Position numbers and translations under genes: made by a program. 64,000 nucleotides of DNA from assembly GCA_036149055.1 (NCBI GenBank), contig JAYZQJ010000204.1, forward strand, positions 1 through 64,000, in the 5' to 3' direction. Of the stretch, positions 54,601 through 63,724 are shown piece after piece. Each line of letters opens with the position of its first letter. The stretch's first letter is position 1. The notes under the pieces were generated by a model. That model was not told the origin of the DNA, did no database searches, and worked only from the letters and a program-made list of their open reading frames with translations. Source of the DNA: Myxococcota bacterium (GTDB taxonomy: Bacteria > Myxococcota_A > Polyangia > Polyangiales > Sandaracinaceae).

Positions 54601-56317
54601 GCGGGAGGACGGCTGGATCGACTCCGCCGAGCTGCGGGTCGAGGTCGACCGCGACGTGGTCATCGAGGCGCCGGTGCCGCCGCTCGCGCACCGGGGCGAC
54701 GTGCTCTCGGTGCCTCTCCGGGTCAGCAACCGGGGCGACGCCCCCCGCGCCCTCGCCATCGGGCTGCTCGGCGACGCGGCGCTGGACATCGAGGACGGCG
54801 CGCGCACCGAGGTGACGCTGGCGCCCGGGGAGGCGGAGGTGGTGCGGGTGGAGGTGCGGCCCACGCGGATCGGAGAGGGTCGGCTCACCGCGGTGGCGCT
54901 CGACGCGGCGTCCGGGGAGACGCTGGACGCGGTGCGCCGCCCGGTGCAGGTGGTCGCGCCGGCGCGGCGGGTCGAGCGTGAGCGCACCGGGCTGGCCGCC
55001 GGCGACGTCACCCTCGCGCTGGAGGTTCCGGCGGGAGCCGATCCGCGCGACGGCCGCGTGCGGCTGGTGGTGGGCCCGGCGCTCTTCCCCGCCGATGGCC
55101 CGTCCGATCCCTGGGCGGCCTGGGCGCCCCCTCCGGGGTGGACCGGCGCGGCGCGCGCGCGGAGCGGGGGCGCGGTGGAGCGGGCCTTCGCGCTCGGGGC
55201 CCGGGTCCGGCGGGGCCTCGACCACGCCGCCGGGGCGAGCCGCCGGGAGGCCGCCGCGCTCACCCGCGCGCTCTCCGCGGAGTCCGGGGGACAGACGGAG
55301 GGCTCGCCTGCGCAGCTCCGCTTGCGTGCGTGGGCGCTCCTCGGGCTCTCGCCCGCGGCGCGAGACGACGCGCCGGCCGACGTGCGCGCGATCCTCGACG
55401 GGCTGCGGCGCGACGTCGCCTCGGGCGCGATGCTGCGCACCGACGACCCGGCGTCCTGGGTGGTCGCGGCGGCCGCCCTGGGCTGGAGCGGCGGAGACCG
55501 CGAGCGGGTGGCGGAGCTGGTGCGCCGCCTCGAGCGTCACGCGGTCGAGGTCGGCGAGGATCGCTGGCTGGTCACCGAAGGCAGCGTGGCCCGCGCGACC
55601 CTCCTCTGGGCGATGGCGGAGCTGTCGCTCGACCGCCGGCAGCGCGCCTTCGACCTTCTCTCCACCGTCGCTCGCTTCGCGGCGTCCGGGCACGCGCTCG
55701 ACGCGGAGGAGCGCGCGCTCGGGCGCGCGGCGATGGGGCGCCTCTTGGATGGAGCGCCGCCCACCGAGGCCGAGGTCTGGATCGACGGCGAGCGGCAGAC
55801 GGTGACCCTCACCGGCGGGGCGGCCGAGGTCGACGCGCCGGCCCTCGCCCGACCGGGCGCGCACGAGGTGCGGGTGCGGGTGGCCGAGCGGGCGCCGCTC
55901 CACGTCGCGGCGAGCGCTCGCTACGGCGTGGCCTGGGAGGCCGCCCCGCGCGGTCCGTTCGGCCTGGAGGTCCGGGGCGCGACGCACGGCCTCGACGAGA
56001 CGGCCGAGCTGGAGCTGGTCCTCCGCAACCGGCTCCCGCGCACCGTGCCCGCGGTCGAGGTCCAGGTCGGGCTGCCCACCGGCGCCGAGCTGACGGAGCG
56101 CGAGCGGCAACGGATCGGCGTGCCGGTCGAGCGCGGGGGCGGCGTGCTCACGCTGCATCTGCCCGCCATGAGACCCGGACAGACCCGCACCGTCCGGCTC
56201 CCGCTCCGCTGGTCGGTGGCCGGACGGCTCGAAGGGCTCGGCGTGGCGGCGTGGGCGGTGGACCGACCGGATGGCGTGTCGGTGCTCGCGCCGCGTGTGG
56301 TGGAGGTGTCCCGATGA
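51650..56317 (+). CDS. Alpha-2-macroglobulin-like secreted protein A (no thioester motif; internal GspG-like motif)
   Basis: Signal peptide ALA-Q; MG2 motif TDRRLYEPGE; RERFPPTLLF..LADAVTTY; no CxEQ; DPWG..LVSPGPDGRPGTRDD; ATG 51635 is an alternative start. Confidence 0.75.
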   Translation: MTTLRFVFGLLLLAPAPALAQPTGYELALQGSDVLHAGRTAVFRGVAYRVHGLAELRPQGGDVEARLRWSEGERPSTSWVTARADAAGRFRLELPVPEAALDPSPVLEVRVGGEAGRRFSFPVRVAPALDVLLRTDRRLYEPGEPVHAWALVRDAASGAPARDVPVELRLTGGALPPTMHALRTSEAGVVHLELRVPERAPESGQQIALRIEGQLQQRATFRVGTRTSERLFATVETPDAAVTPGASTTVSVSVTTPSGAPVSGATVRLTIEDEVLTGSTGDDGVARLEVRAPAHFEHRSGHVSVQAEVEHPAHGAVTAWGALGLAVPLALRVEVVPRHGGLVPEIDDALYVRLIEGTSGPPAEGTEVTVRGPAIQGGSFTGASDAHGLVEVPVRLPLGAASSLDGAPETTVTVDVAGPLERTTEASIPVLRDVEVAPVVGDVVMDPGGAIEVRLLRRPAWRRAGVRVELLDGQAPLDWVVTRADRVRLTPPPGRLGVLHVRARVLHEDETLDGVGALAAVLVRPPDPDEARLSSARPRWTVGDTAQLTLHTGAGGPRRWAALLVRDLAAHGGEEPFRASFLGGAFERAVRAPTGPASERLLRAALAAHAVADPATQPAPPLTDALGLPEEGAATDAARERGTLRDPFPLARELERRGAFDAMRALESALEQALSEGGLDAITTGAGARRRFRDDLLAAQTRLRTLGDEPLTPSILEDAVPGFDYEAVARRVARARLVRLMAALARYLDPGDDAPVAARMASREPSERWLGRMVERGVIAQTDLDDPWGGRFTLRASRAPLLVLGAAATALELVSPGPDGRPGTRDDVRDPFARVVPAATPYAIASGEDALMRQLAMISPLARTLEALREAYRRTLAEMAEELIGDAVAGGYSEGSLGLGGLGTVGHGRGGGGSGYGSGSGYGRMGRRGRIRVGSAGLAGVVRERFPPTLLFRPALVVDADGTTELAVPLADAVTTYLVEAIVWREDGWIDSAELRVEVDRDVVIEAPVPPLAHRGDVLSVPLRVSNRGDAPRALAIGLLGDAALDIEDGARTEVTLAPGEAEVVRVEVRPTRIGEGRLTAVALDAASGETLDAVRRPVQVVAPARRVERERTGLAAGDVTLALEVPAGADPRDGRVRLVVGPALFPADGPSDPWAAWAPPPGWTGAARARSGGAVERAFALGARVRRGLDHAAGASRREAAALTRALSAESGGQTEGSPAQLRLRAWALLGLSPAARDDAPADVRAILDGLRRDVASGAMLRTDDPASWVVAAAALGWSGGDRERVAELVRRLERHAVEVGEDRWLVTEGSVARATLLWAMAELSLDRRQRAFDLLSTVARFAASGHALDAEERALGRAAMGRLLDGAPPTEAEVWIDGERQTVTLTGGAAEVDAPALARPGAHEVRVRVAERAPLHVAASARYGVAWEAAPRGPFGLEVRGATHGLDETAELELVLRNRLPRTVPAVEVQVGLPTGAELTERERQRIGVPVERGGGVLTLHLPAMRPGQTRTVRLPLRWSVAGRLEGLGVAAWAVDRPDGVSVLAPRVVEVSR

Positions 56318-59300
56318 AGCGCGCGATCGTCAGCCTCCTGCTCCTCTCGGTGACCAGCGCGGCCCACGCGCAGGAGACCCGGCGCCGCGTGCCGCGCGGC
56401 GAGGTGACCGGACTCGAGATGGGGATCGACGGAGCCCTCACCGCCACGCCGGGGGCCGCCCTGGAGTGGTTCGTCAGCGTCTACGAGGTCGTCCAGCGAC
56501 GGGATCTCCGCCCGGCCGCGAACGTGACGCTGACGGCGACCGGCTCGCACGCGCCCGGCGCGCCGCTGACGACGGTGCGGACCGACGCGTCGGGGCGCGC
56601 GCACCTCGTCATCCCCATCCCCGCCGACCTGGAGCACGGCTTCCATCTGCAGGTGAAGGCGGAGAGCCCTCGCCGGGTAGAGCGCACCTTCGACGTCGAC
56701 ATCGCGCTCGCGCCGCGCTGGCGCGTCGAGGCGCTCGTCGACCGCGAGTCGATCGCGCCCGGCGGCGAGGTGCTCTTCCTCGGCCGGGTCGTCGGCCGGG
56801 CCGACGGGCGCCCCATCGCGGGCGAGGCGGTCACCATCACCGCCTCGCAGGGCGGCGCGCGGACGCGGGCCGACGTCGCGGCGCACACGGACGCGGCGGG
56901 GGTCTTCTGGGCCAGGGTGCCCGCGCTCGACGCGCCGGGGCCGCTCCGGGTGCAGGCCAGCACCGAGCACGGCGGGGCGGGCGTCACGGTGACGGTCGCC
57001 GCGCCGAGCCGGCACCCGCTCTGGACCGAGGCGACGCCGGACCGACGCGTCTACGCGCCCGGCGATCGCGGCCGGGTGGCGGTCACGGTGCGCGGGATGG
57101 ACGGCCGCCCCCTCGAGGGCGCCGAGGTCGACTGGGACGGTCGCGATCCGGAGGCCGAGCCCCTGCGCACCGGGCCCGGGGGCGAGGCCCGGGTGCCGCT
57201 CGACGTGCCCGCGGTGCTCGACGCGCCGTGGGCGGATCGCGCTCTGTCGATCAGCGTGGTCGTCCCGGGCCTCGGGACCGACCGGCTCGCCGTGCCCTAC
57301 CGGGTCGCGCGGGTGCCGTGGGTCGCGGACGCGGTGCCCGAAGGCGGGGCGCTCGTCCCCGAGCTCGACGGAGCGGTGCACGTGCGGGTGGTCCAGTCCG
57401 ACGGCGTCGCCCTCGCGCAGGCGAGGTTGACGCTCGACGCGCCGCGGCTCGGCGGCGCGCTCCAGGCCACCACGGACGACGACGGGGTCGCGCGCTTCAC
57501 CGGCACGCTCCGCCCGGGCCGCGCGCCCGACGCCTGCGGAGGGCCGACGTTCATCGCCGCCAGCCTTCGTCACGACGGTCACGCGCAGTCCTTCTGCCTG
57601 CCCGTCGATCCCGACGCGACGCTCACGCTGCGCGGGGACGCCGACGGCGCCTTCGTGATCGCCCGACGGAGCGAGGTCGCGCGGGTCCCGGTGGAGGTCA
57701 CCGCGCTCGTCCGCGAGGGCGACGCGTGGCACCCGATCGCCCGCACCCTCGTCGCGCCGGGCGTCTCTCGCGGCGCGCTCGCGCTCGAGACGATCGGTGA
57801 GGTCTGGTTCCGCGCGCGGCCCCTGCTGGAGTCCGGCCGCGCGGTCCGCGGCGGCGGCGACCTGGTGGTCCGCGCTCCGGACGCGGGCGCGCTCACGCTC
57901 TCGGTCGAAGCAGGGAGCGCGCGCGTCGACGGCGGGCCGAGCGCGTTCGTCGTGGCGGTCCCGCCCGCGCGGGCCAGGGCCGCGCGCGCCGCCCTCCAGG
58001 CCTCGCTCTCCCCGCTCGCGGCCGCGCTCGACGAGGGGCGCAGCCCCGGCTTCGTCGCGATGCTCGCCGCCGCGCGCACGCCGGAGGACGTCTCCGCCAC
58101 CGCCAGCCTCCGCGAGGGCACGGTGCTGCCGCAGCCGATGCCCGAGGTGCCGGTCGAGCACGGCCTGCTCCGCGACCCGTGGCGCACGCGGGCCCGCTTC
58201 GTGCGCGGCCGGGTGGGGCGCATGCTCCGCGCGGTCGAGGCGTACGTGGACGCGGCGGTGCCCGGTCATCTCGAGGAGGTCGCGGTGCGAGAGCGCGGCG
58301 GCTGGCGCTTCAACCACGCCATCCTCGACGCCGCGCTCCGCCGCACCGGCACCGGGCCGGAGGGCGCGGTCTCGCTCGACGGCGAGCCCCTCGACGCGGC
58401 CGCGCTCACCAGCCTCGACCGAGCCTTCACGTACGACGCGGTCGCCCGGCGGGTCACCCGTGAGCGGCTCTTCCGCGTGCACCTCTTCCTCCGCGACCTG
58501 ATCCTCGCCCGGGGGCTCGACCGCGCCTGGGCCCTGCGCGGGGATCCCTCGACCCTGCTCGTCGGCCTGCTCGAGGCGGAGGACGTGCCCTGGCAGCACG
58601 ACTGGCCCCAGCGCGAGCACCTCTACGACGCGTGGGGCCACCCGCTCGTCCTGCGCCCGGTCCGGGGCCGCGCGCGCTTCACCTTCCTGGAGCCGGTGCG
58701 CGGCTGGGAGCTCGTCAGCGCCGGGCCCGACGGCCGCGCCGGCACCCGAGACGACATGGTCGACCCGTTCGCGCGCGTGCTGCCCGACGGGGTCTACGCC
58801 GAGGCGGTGGGCGAGGAGACCTTGCTCGCGCGGCTGAACGGGGTGGCGCTCGGGCGCGCGACCGCGGAGGAGCTCGCCGAGATCTTCGGCGCGTCCGACG
58901 GGGGGAGCTGGACCGAGGCGCCCGAGGCGCCCCGCGCGGTCGCGCTGCCTTCGCCGCTCCCCATCACCGAGGCGCGCGCGCCGTTGCCTCCGGCGCTGCA
59001 GGCGATCGGCGGCCCGGCGGACGCGCTCCGCTGGTCTCTCCCGGCCGGCCGGCGCGAGTGGGTCGCGATCGCGGCCCGCTTCGACCCGAGCGGCGCGGTG
59101 CGCACGAGCGAGCGCCGCTTCGAGGCGGGCGCCCCCTGGACCGCGCACCTCGAGCTGCCCGAGAGCCTGCGCCCCGCCGACACGCTCCGGGTGCCGCTGG
59201 TGTTGACCCGCTTCGCCGAGGGCGCGTCCCCCGAGGTCGTCGTGCGGAGCCGGGGCGCGGTGGACGCGCGGCGGGACGGGGACTTCGTGGAGCTCGTCGC

Positions 59301-60837
59301 GCGCCGCGCCGGCTTCGCCGACGTGGAGGTGATCGTCGGCCCGCCCGAGGCCCCGATCGGCCGCTTCTCGCGGCGCCTCCGGGTCGTGCCCGAGGGGGGG
59401 CTGCGCGCGCGCCACGCCGGGGCGATCGTCGACGACGAGGTCACGCTCGTGGCCCCGGTGCCCGACGGAGCCACGCCGTGGCGCGGACGGCTCGTGGTGG
59501 GCGCGCCGTCGGCGATCGCGTCGGACCCGCGCCTGGCCGGGGCCAGCCCCGCCGCGGCGCTCTGGGGGCGCGCGATGACCGGGCGCCCAGTAACGGAGGG
59601 CGCAGTGACCGAGGGCGCGGTGACCGAGCGCGCAGTGACCGGACGCGCAGGGGACGACGCGCTCGCCCGCCGCCTGGAGCGAGACGCGGCCGACGGGCTC
59701 TCGCGGCCGTTCGAGCGCGCGTGCGCCCTGGCGCTCTGGACCCTCGAGGACTCGAACGAGCCCGCGCGCAGCACGCTCGCCGGCGCGCTGCGCTCCGATC
59801 CCGGCGCGTCCCTCGCCGAGCGCGCCGCGGTGCTGACCGCCCTCGCCCCGGCGGCTCCGGCCGGTCCGGCGAGCGGCGCCGACGCGATCGGGCATCTCCT
59901 CGCCCGGTTGAAGAGGGACGGCTGGCGCACCCTGGCCGAGGCCACCGACCAGCCCGACGTGATGGCGCGCATGGCGGCGGCGCTGCTGCTCGTCGACCGC
60001 GACGACGTGCCCGGCCGGGCGCTGCTCGAGCGCGTCCAGGGCGCGCTGCGCACCGACGACGCGGGGCGGGCCTGGGTGCCCGACGCGGAGGGCCGACCGT
60101 CCTGGCCCGGCACCCTCGCCGGCGCGATCGCGGCCCGTCAGGCCGGCGACGACGCGCTCGCGGATCGGCTGGTCCGGGCCGCCGCCACCCGCTTCCACCT
60201 CGGCGCTCGAACGGCCGAGGCCGCGTTCTGGGCCATCGCGGCGAGCGTGTACGGCGGCTTCGGCGTCGAGGAGCCGGAGGAGGTCCGGGTGACCGTCGAC
60301 GGCGCGGCCCGGACCCTCGCCCTGACCGGCGGGGTGGCCACCCTCGACGTGCGGGCCGGCGCCCGCGTCACCGTGCGGGCCGCCGCGCCGGTCTGGGCCT
60401 GGATCGAGTCGCGCTACCTCGTCCCCTGGGCCGAAGACGCCGACGCGCCGCTCGGGATCGCGATCGAGGGGGTGGTCGGCGCGCTCGGCGAGCGGGCGGG
60501 GCTGGAGCTGCGGCTGGAGGCGCGCGCCGAGGTCGTCGACCCCGTCCTCGAGCTGACCCTCCCCGCCGGCGCCACCTTCGACGAGAGCGCGCGGCGAACG
60601 CTGGAGGGCGCGCCCGGCGTCACGTCGGTGCGAGGGCCCGACGGCGCGCGGGTGATCCGGCTGCGCCTGACGACCTTGCCCGAGGGCGCGGTGCGCCGGC
60701 TGCCGCTCGCCTTCCGCTGGACGGCGGCGGGAGAGAGCCGCGGCTTCGACGTCGCCGCGTTCTCCGCCCGCGAGCCGACCCGGATCTGGCGCAGCCCCGG
60801 CCGCGCCGTCCCCGTGCCCGAGGAGACCGAGCGATGA
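56314..60837 (+). CDS. Alpha-2-macroglobulin-like secreted protein B (divergent paralogue)
   Basis: Signal peptide AHA-Q; DRRVYAPGD, VPEGGALVP; DAWG..LVSAGPDGRAGTRDD; ATGA overlap with protein A and GGAGG SD. Confidence 0.7.
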   Translation: MKRAIVSLLLLSVTSAAHAQETRRRVPRGEVTGLEMGIDGALTATPGAALEWFVSVYEVVQRRDLRPAANVTLTATGSHAPGAPLTTVRTDASGRAHLVIPIPADLEHGFHLQVKAESPRRVERTFDVDIALAPRWRVEALVDRESIAPGGEVLFLGRVVGRADGRPIAGEAVTITASQGGARTRADVAAHTDAAGVFWARVPALDAPGPLRVQASTEHGGAGVTVTVAAPSRHPLWTEATPDRRVYAPGDRGRVAVTVRGMDGRPLEGAEVDWDGRDPEAEPLRTGPGGEARVPLDVPAVLDAPWADRALSISVVVPGLGTDRLAVPYRVARVPWVADAVPEGGALVPELDGAVHVRVVQSDGVALAQARLTLDAPRLGGALQATTDDDGVARFTGTLRPGRAPDACGGPTFIAASLRHDGHAQSFCLPVDPDATLTLRGDADGAFVIARRSEVARVPVEVTALVREGDAWHPIARTLVAPGVSRGALALETIGEVWFRARPLLESGRAVRGGGDLVVRAPDAGALTLSVEAGSARVDGGPSAFVVAVPPARARAARAALQASLSPLAAALDEGRSPGFVAMLAAARTPEDVSATASLREGTVLPQPMPEVPVEHGLLRDPWRTRARFVRGRVGRMLRAVEAYVDAAVPGHLEEVAVRERGGWRFNHAILDAALRRTGTGPEGAVSLDGEPLDAAALTSLDRAFTYDAVARRVTRERLFRVHLFLRDLILARGLDRAWALRGDPSTLLVGLLEAEDVPWQHDWPQREHLYDAWGHPLVLRPVRGRARFTFLEPVRGWELVSAGPDGRAGTRDDMVDPFARVLPDGVYAEAVGEETLLARLNGVALGRATAEELAEIFGASDGGSWTEAPEAPRAVALPSPLPITEARAPLPPALQAIGGPADALRWSLPAGRREWVAIAARFDPSGAVRTSERRFEAGAPWTAHLELPESLRPADTLRVPLVLTRFAEGASPEVVVRSRGAVDARRDGDFVELVARRAGFADVEVIVGPPEAPIGRFSRRLRVVPEGGLRARHAGAIVDDEVTLVAPVPDGATPWRGRLVVGAPSAIASDPRLAGASPAAALWGRAMTGRPVTEGAVTEGAVTERAVTGRAGDDALARRLERDAADGLSRPFERACALALWTLEDSNEPARSTLAGALRSDPGASLAERAAVLTALAPAAPAGPASGADAIGHLLARLKRDGWRTLAEATDQPDVMARMAAALLLVDRDDVPGRALLERVQGALRTDDAGRAWVPDAEGRPSWPGTLAGAIAARQAGDDALADRLVRAAATRFHLGARTAEAAFWAIAASVYGGFGVEEPEEVRVTVDGAARTLALTGGVATLDVRAGARVTVRAAAPVWAWIESRYLVPWAEDADAPLGIAIEGVVGALGERAGLELRLEARAEVVDPVLELTLPAGATFDESARRTLEGAPGVTSVRGPDGARVIRLRLTTLPEGAVRRLPLAFRWTAAGESRGFDVAAFSAREPTRIWRSPGRAVPVPEETER
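59590..59649 (+). repeat. Coding 15-bp degenerate tandem repeat x4 (VTEGA VTEGA VTERA VTGRA)
   Basis: Read directly from the sequence. Confidence 0.8.
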
Positions 60838-60968
60838 GATGGATCTGGATCGCGGCCCTGCTCACCGCCTGCGGCGCCGCCACGCCGCGGGCCGTCGCCC
60901 CCGAGGAGACCACCGCCGAGTGGACCGAGGCCGACGACGCCCCGCTCGAGGAGGACGAGCCTGAGTGA
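60834..60968 (+). CDS. Very small acidic lipoprotein (44 aa)
   Basis: GAGGAG SD; ATGA overlap; lipobox LTAC; acidic tail. Confidence 0.6.
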   Translation: MRWIWIAALLTACGAATPRAVAPEETTAEWTEADDAPLEEDEPE

Positions 60969-60971
60969 CCA

Positions 60972-61475
60972 TCAGAAGGCCAGGGGCGCCATCGCCCTCG
61001 GGCGGCGCGTGACCTGGAGCACGAGCGCGATCGCGAGGGCGGCGGCGAGCGCGCCGAGGGCGTCGGCGGCGAGGCCGCTCGCGAGACCCGCGAGCAGATG
61101 ACCGAGCCAGGCGGCCCACCAGGCCGCGGACAGCCAGCGGGCGCGCGGGCCGAGAGGACGGACGACCTCGCGCACCAGGAGGAAGGGGACGACCAGGTTC
61201 GGGCCCGGCGCGACCCAGCCCCAGGTCGTCCAGCGCGGGTCCATCGCGCGAGCGCTCCCGAGGTTCTCGTAGACGCGGCGCAGCCACGCGATGAAGGCGA
61301 GGGCGGTCAGCGCGAAGGCGACGCTCCGCAGCGTCGACTCCCGGAGCCACGCCGCGCTCAGCGGCTCCGGCAGCGTCCCCGCCAGCCGCCGGGCGACGTC
61401 GAGGAGGCAGAGCCCGAGCTGGACGGCGAGCGCGGTGGCGGCCGCCCGCGCGCGCCACGCGGGACAACGGTGCAC
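60972..61475 (-). CDS. DUF4328-like membrane protein
   Basis: FIAWLRRVYENL, WGWVAPGPNLVVPF, WWAAW; start uncertain. Confidence 0.6.
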   Translation of the reverse strand: MHRCPAWRARAAATALAVQLGLCLLDVARRLAGTLPEPLSAAWLRESTLRSVAFALTALAFIAWLRRVYENLGSARAMDPRWTTWGWVAPGPNLVVPFLLVREVVRPLGPRARWLSAAWWAAWLGHLLAGLASGLAADALGALAAALAIALVLQVTRRPRAMAPLAF

Positions 61476-61545
61476 GACGATCGATGTAGCGGATCTCCGG
61501 GCCTGGGGCTTGTCGAGGTCCGGGAACACACCCATCTTCGATCTC

Positions 61546-61842
61546 ATGGCCGGTGGGGATCTCTACTGTCCCCGGTGCGACGAACGCGTCGGGGTCCTGC
61601 GCGAGTGGGGCGGATGGAAGTGGTGCTGGCGCGTCTGGATCGTGGGCGCGGTGGTGATGCTCGCGGCCACGCCGTTCCTCGCCTACGACTTCTGCGTGAT
61701 GATCCCCTGCATGATGCTGTACCTCGTGGCGGGCAGCTCGCTGCGCATGCTCGCGAAGCAGAGGCCGGTCTGCCGACGCTGCTCGCTGGAGCTGACCGAG
61801 GGCACCTTCAGCGGCGAGCCGCTGCGCAGCCGCAAGGCGTGA
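61546..61842 (+). CDS. Small membrane-associated Zn-binding protein (CxxC-hydrophobic-CxxC)
   Basis: CPRC and CRRC flank a long hydrophobic segment. Confidence 0.6.
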   Translation: MAGGDLYCPRCDERVGVLREWGGWKWCWRVWIVGAVVMLAATPFLAYDFCVMIPCMMLYLVAGSSLRMLAKQRPVCRRCSLELTEGTFSGEPLRSRKA

Positions 61843-61889
61843 CCCGAAATAGCCCGTGACGTGACGGCGCTTCGGCCGTAGGTGTGCCC

Positions 61890-63263
61890 ATGATGGGCTA
61901 CGACTACGACCTCTTCACGATCGGCGCGGGCTCCGGCGGCGTGCGGGCGAGCCGGATGGCGGCGCGAGCCGGCGCGCGCGTGGCGGTGGCCGAGGAGCGC
62001 TTCCTCGGCGGCACCTGCGTCAACGTCGGGTGCGTCCCCAAGAAGCTCTTCGTCTACGCGGCGCACTACCGCGAGGACTTCGCCGACAGCGCGGGCTTCG
62101 GCTGGACGGTCGGCGACATCGCCTTCGACTGGGCCACGCTGCGCGCCAACAAGGACGCGGAGATCGCGCGGCTGAACAAGGTCTACGAGCGCCTCCTCCA
62201 CGGCGCGGGCGTCGACATCCTCGCCGGCCGCGCCACCGTGATCGACCCGCACACCGTCGAGGTCGTGCTCCCCGAGGGGCCGAAGCGGGTCACCGCCGAG
62301 CGCATCCTGATCGCCACCGGCGGCCGCGCGGTGCGCCCCGAGGAGCCGGGGACCGATCGCGCCTGGATCAGCGACGACGTGTTCTACGCCGAGACCCTGC
62401 CGAAGCGGCTGCTCGTGGTCGGCGGCGGCTACATCGCGCTCGAGATGGCCTCGATCTTCCACGGCCTCGGGAGCGACGTCACGCTCACCTACCGCGGCCC
62501 GCACCCGCTCCGCGGCTTCGACGACGACGTGCGCACCTTCGTCTGCGACCAGCTCAAGGCCAAGGGCGTGAAGCTCCACCTCAACACCAAGGTCATGTGC
62601 CTCGAGGAAGGAGAGGGCGGCGCGATCGACGCCGTCTACGACCACGAGGAGGTGGAGACCTTCGACGCCGCGCTCTACGCGATCGGGCGCCGCCCCAACA
62701 CCGAAGGGCTCGGGCTCGAGGCGGCCGGCGTGACCCTCAACGAGCGCGGCGCGGTGGTGGTCGACGACTTCTACCGGTCCAGCGTGGAGAGCATCTTCGC
62801 GCTCGGGGACGTGACCGACCGCGTCCAGCTCACCCCGGTGGCGATCGAGGAGGCGATGGCCTTCGTCGCCACCCAGTTCCAGGACACGCCGAAGACGCTC
62901 GACTACGCGCACATCCCCACCGCGGTGTTCTCCACCCCGCCGCTCGCCTGCGTCGGGCTCACGGAGGCGGACGCGCACGACCGCTACGGTGACGTCCACG
63001 TCTACACCAGCGAGTTCCGGCCGCTGAAGCACACCCTCAGCGGGAGCCAGGAGCGCTGCTTCATGAAGCTCGTCGTCGAGCCCAAGAGCGACCGCGTCCT
63101 GGGCGTGCACATGGTGGGCGCGGACACCCCCGAGATCGTCCAGGGTTTCGCGGTCGCGCTGAAGTGCGGCGCAACGAAGGCCCAGCTCGACGCCACCGTG
63201 GGGCTGCACCCGACCGCGGCCGAGGAGCTGGTGACGATGCGCGAGCGCCGCCCCGACGAGTGA
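61890..63263 (+). CDS. gor: Glutathione-disulfide reductase
   Basis: GAGSGG, GGTCVNVGCVPKK, GGGYIA with YRG..LRGFD (NADPH type), LTPVAI, HPTAAEE. Confidence 0.92.
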   Translation: MMGYDYDLFTIGAGSGGVRASRMAARAGARVAVAEERFLGGTCVNVGCVPKKLFVYAAHYREDFADSAGFGWTVGDIAFDWATLRANKDAEIARLNKVYERLLHGAGVDILAGRATVIDPHTVEVVLPEGPKRVTAERILIATGGRAVRPEEPGTDRAWISDDVFYAETLPKRLLVVGGGYIALEMASIFHGLGSDVTLTYRGPHPLRGFDDDVRTFVCDQLKAKGVKLHLNTKVMCLEEGEGGAIDAVYDHEEVETFDAALYAIGRRPNTEGLGLEAAGVTLNERGAVVVDDFYRSSVESIFALGDVTDRVQLTPVAIEEAMAFVATQFQDTPKTLDYAHIPTAVFSTPPLACVGLTEADAHDRYGDVHVYTSEFRPLKHTLSGSQERCFMKLVVEPKSDRVLGVHMVGADTPEIVQGFAVALKCGATKAQLDATVGLHPTAAEELVTMRERRPDE

Positions 63264-63345
63264 ACCCGCATTCACGGCTCCGCGCCGGGAGACCTCGGAT
63301 CTGCCCCGGTCGAATGGCTGGATCGCCTTTCGCAACACCGAGGGT

Positions 63346-63675
63346 GTGCGCCCCGTCTCGAACCCGTACGCGGACCTGAGCTCCCTCCTCGACCAGACCC
63401 GTCAGCTGAGCCCCGAAGAGCAGGCCGAGCTGCTCCTCGAGCAGGGCTTCCCCGAGCGGGCCCTGCGTGTCTACGAGGAGCTGCTGGCCCGCGCCCCCGG
63501 AGACCCGTCGCTCACCCGCAAGCGGGACTGGGCGCGGCGCATGCTCGCTCGCGAGGAGAAGCCCGAGACCGGCACGATGCGCAAGCCCACGGCCGACGCC
63601 ACGCTCCGCGGCATGCCCGCCCCCGCCCGCGCGGACGGGGCCGTGCGCCGCCTGGTCATCCGCGAAGTGGGTTGA
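63346..63675 (+). CDS. Small hypothetical protein with one TPR-like repeat
   Basis: AELLLEQGFPERALRVYEELLARAPGD. Confidence 0.55.
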   Translation: MRPVSNPYADLSSLLDQTRQLSPEEQAELLLEQGFPERALRVYEELLARAPGDPSLTRKRDWARRMLAREEKPETGTMRKPTADATLRGMPAPARADGAVRRLVIREVG

Positions 63676-63724
63676 CCACATCGTCGTCGATCTTTGCGGC
63701 GTCGTGGTCTAGCCTGCGCGCGAG

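Noticed and set aside
51638..60198. 1506-aa and 1425-aa minus-strand ORFs, and the 55138 start of the 1899-aa ORF
   Set aside because: Shadows of the macroglobulin genes; protein B starts at ATG 56314 with an SD and signal peptide, so no frameshift or fusion is needed
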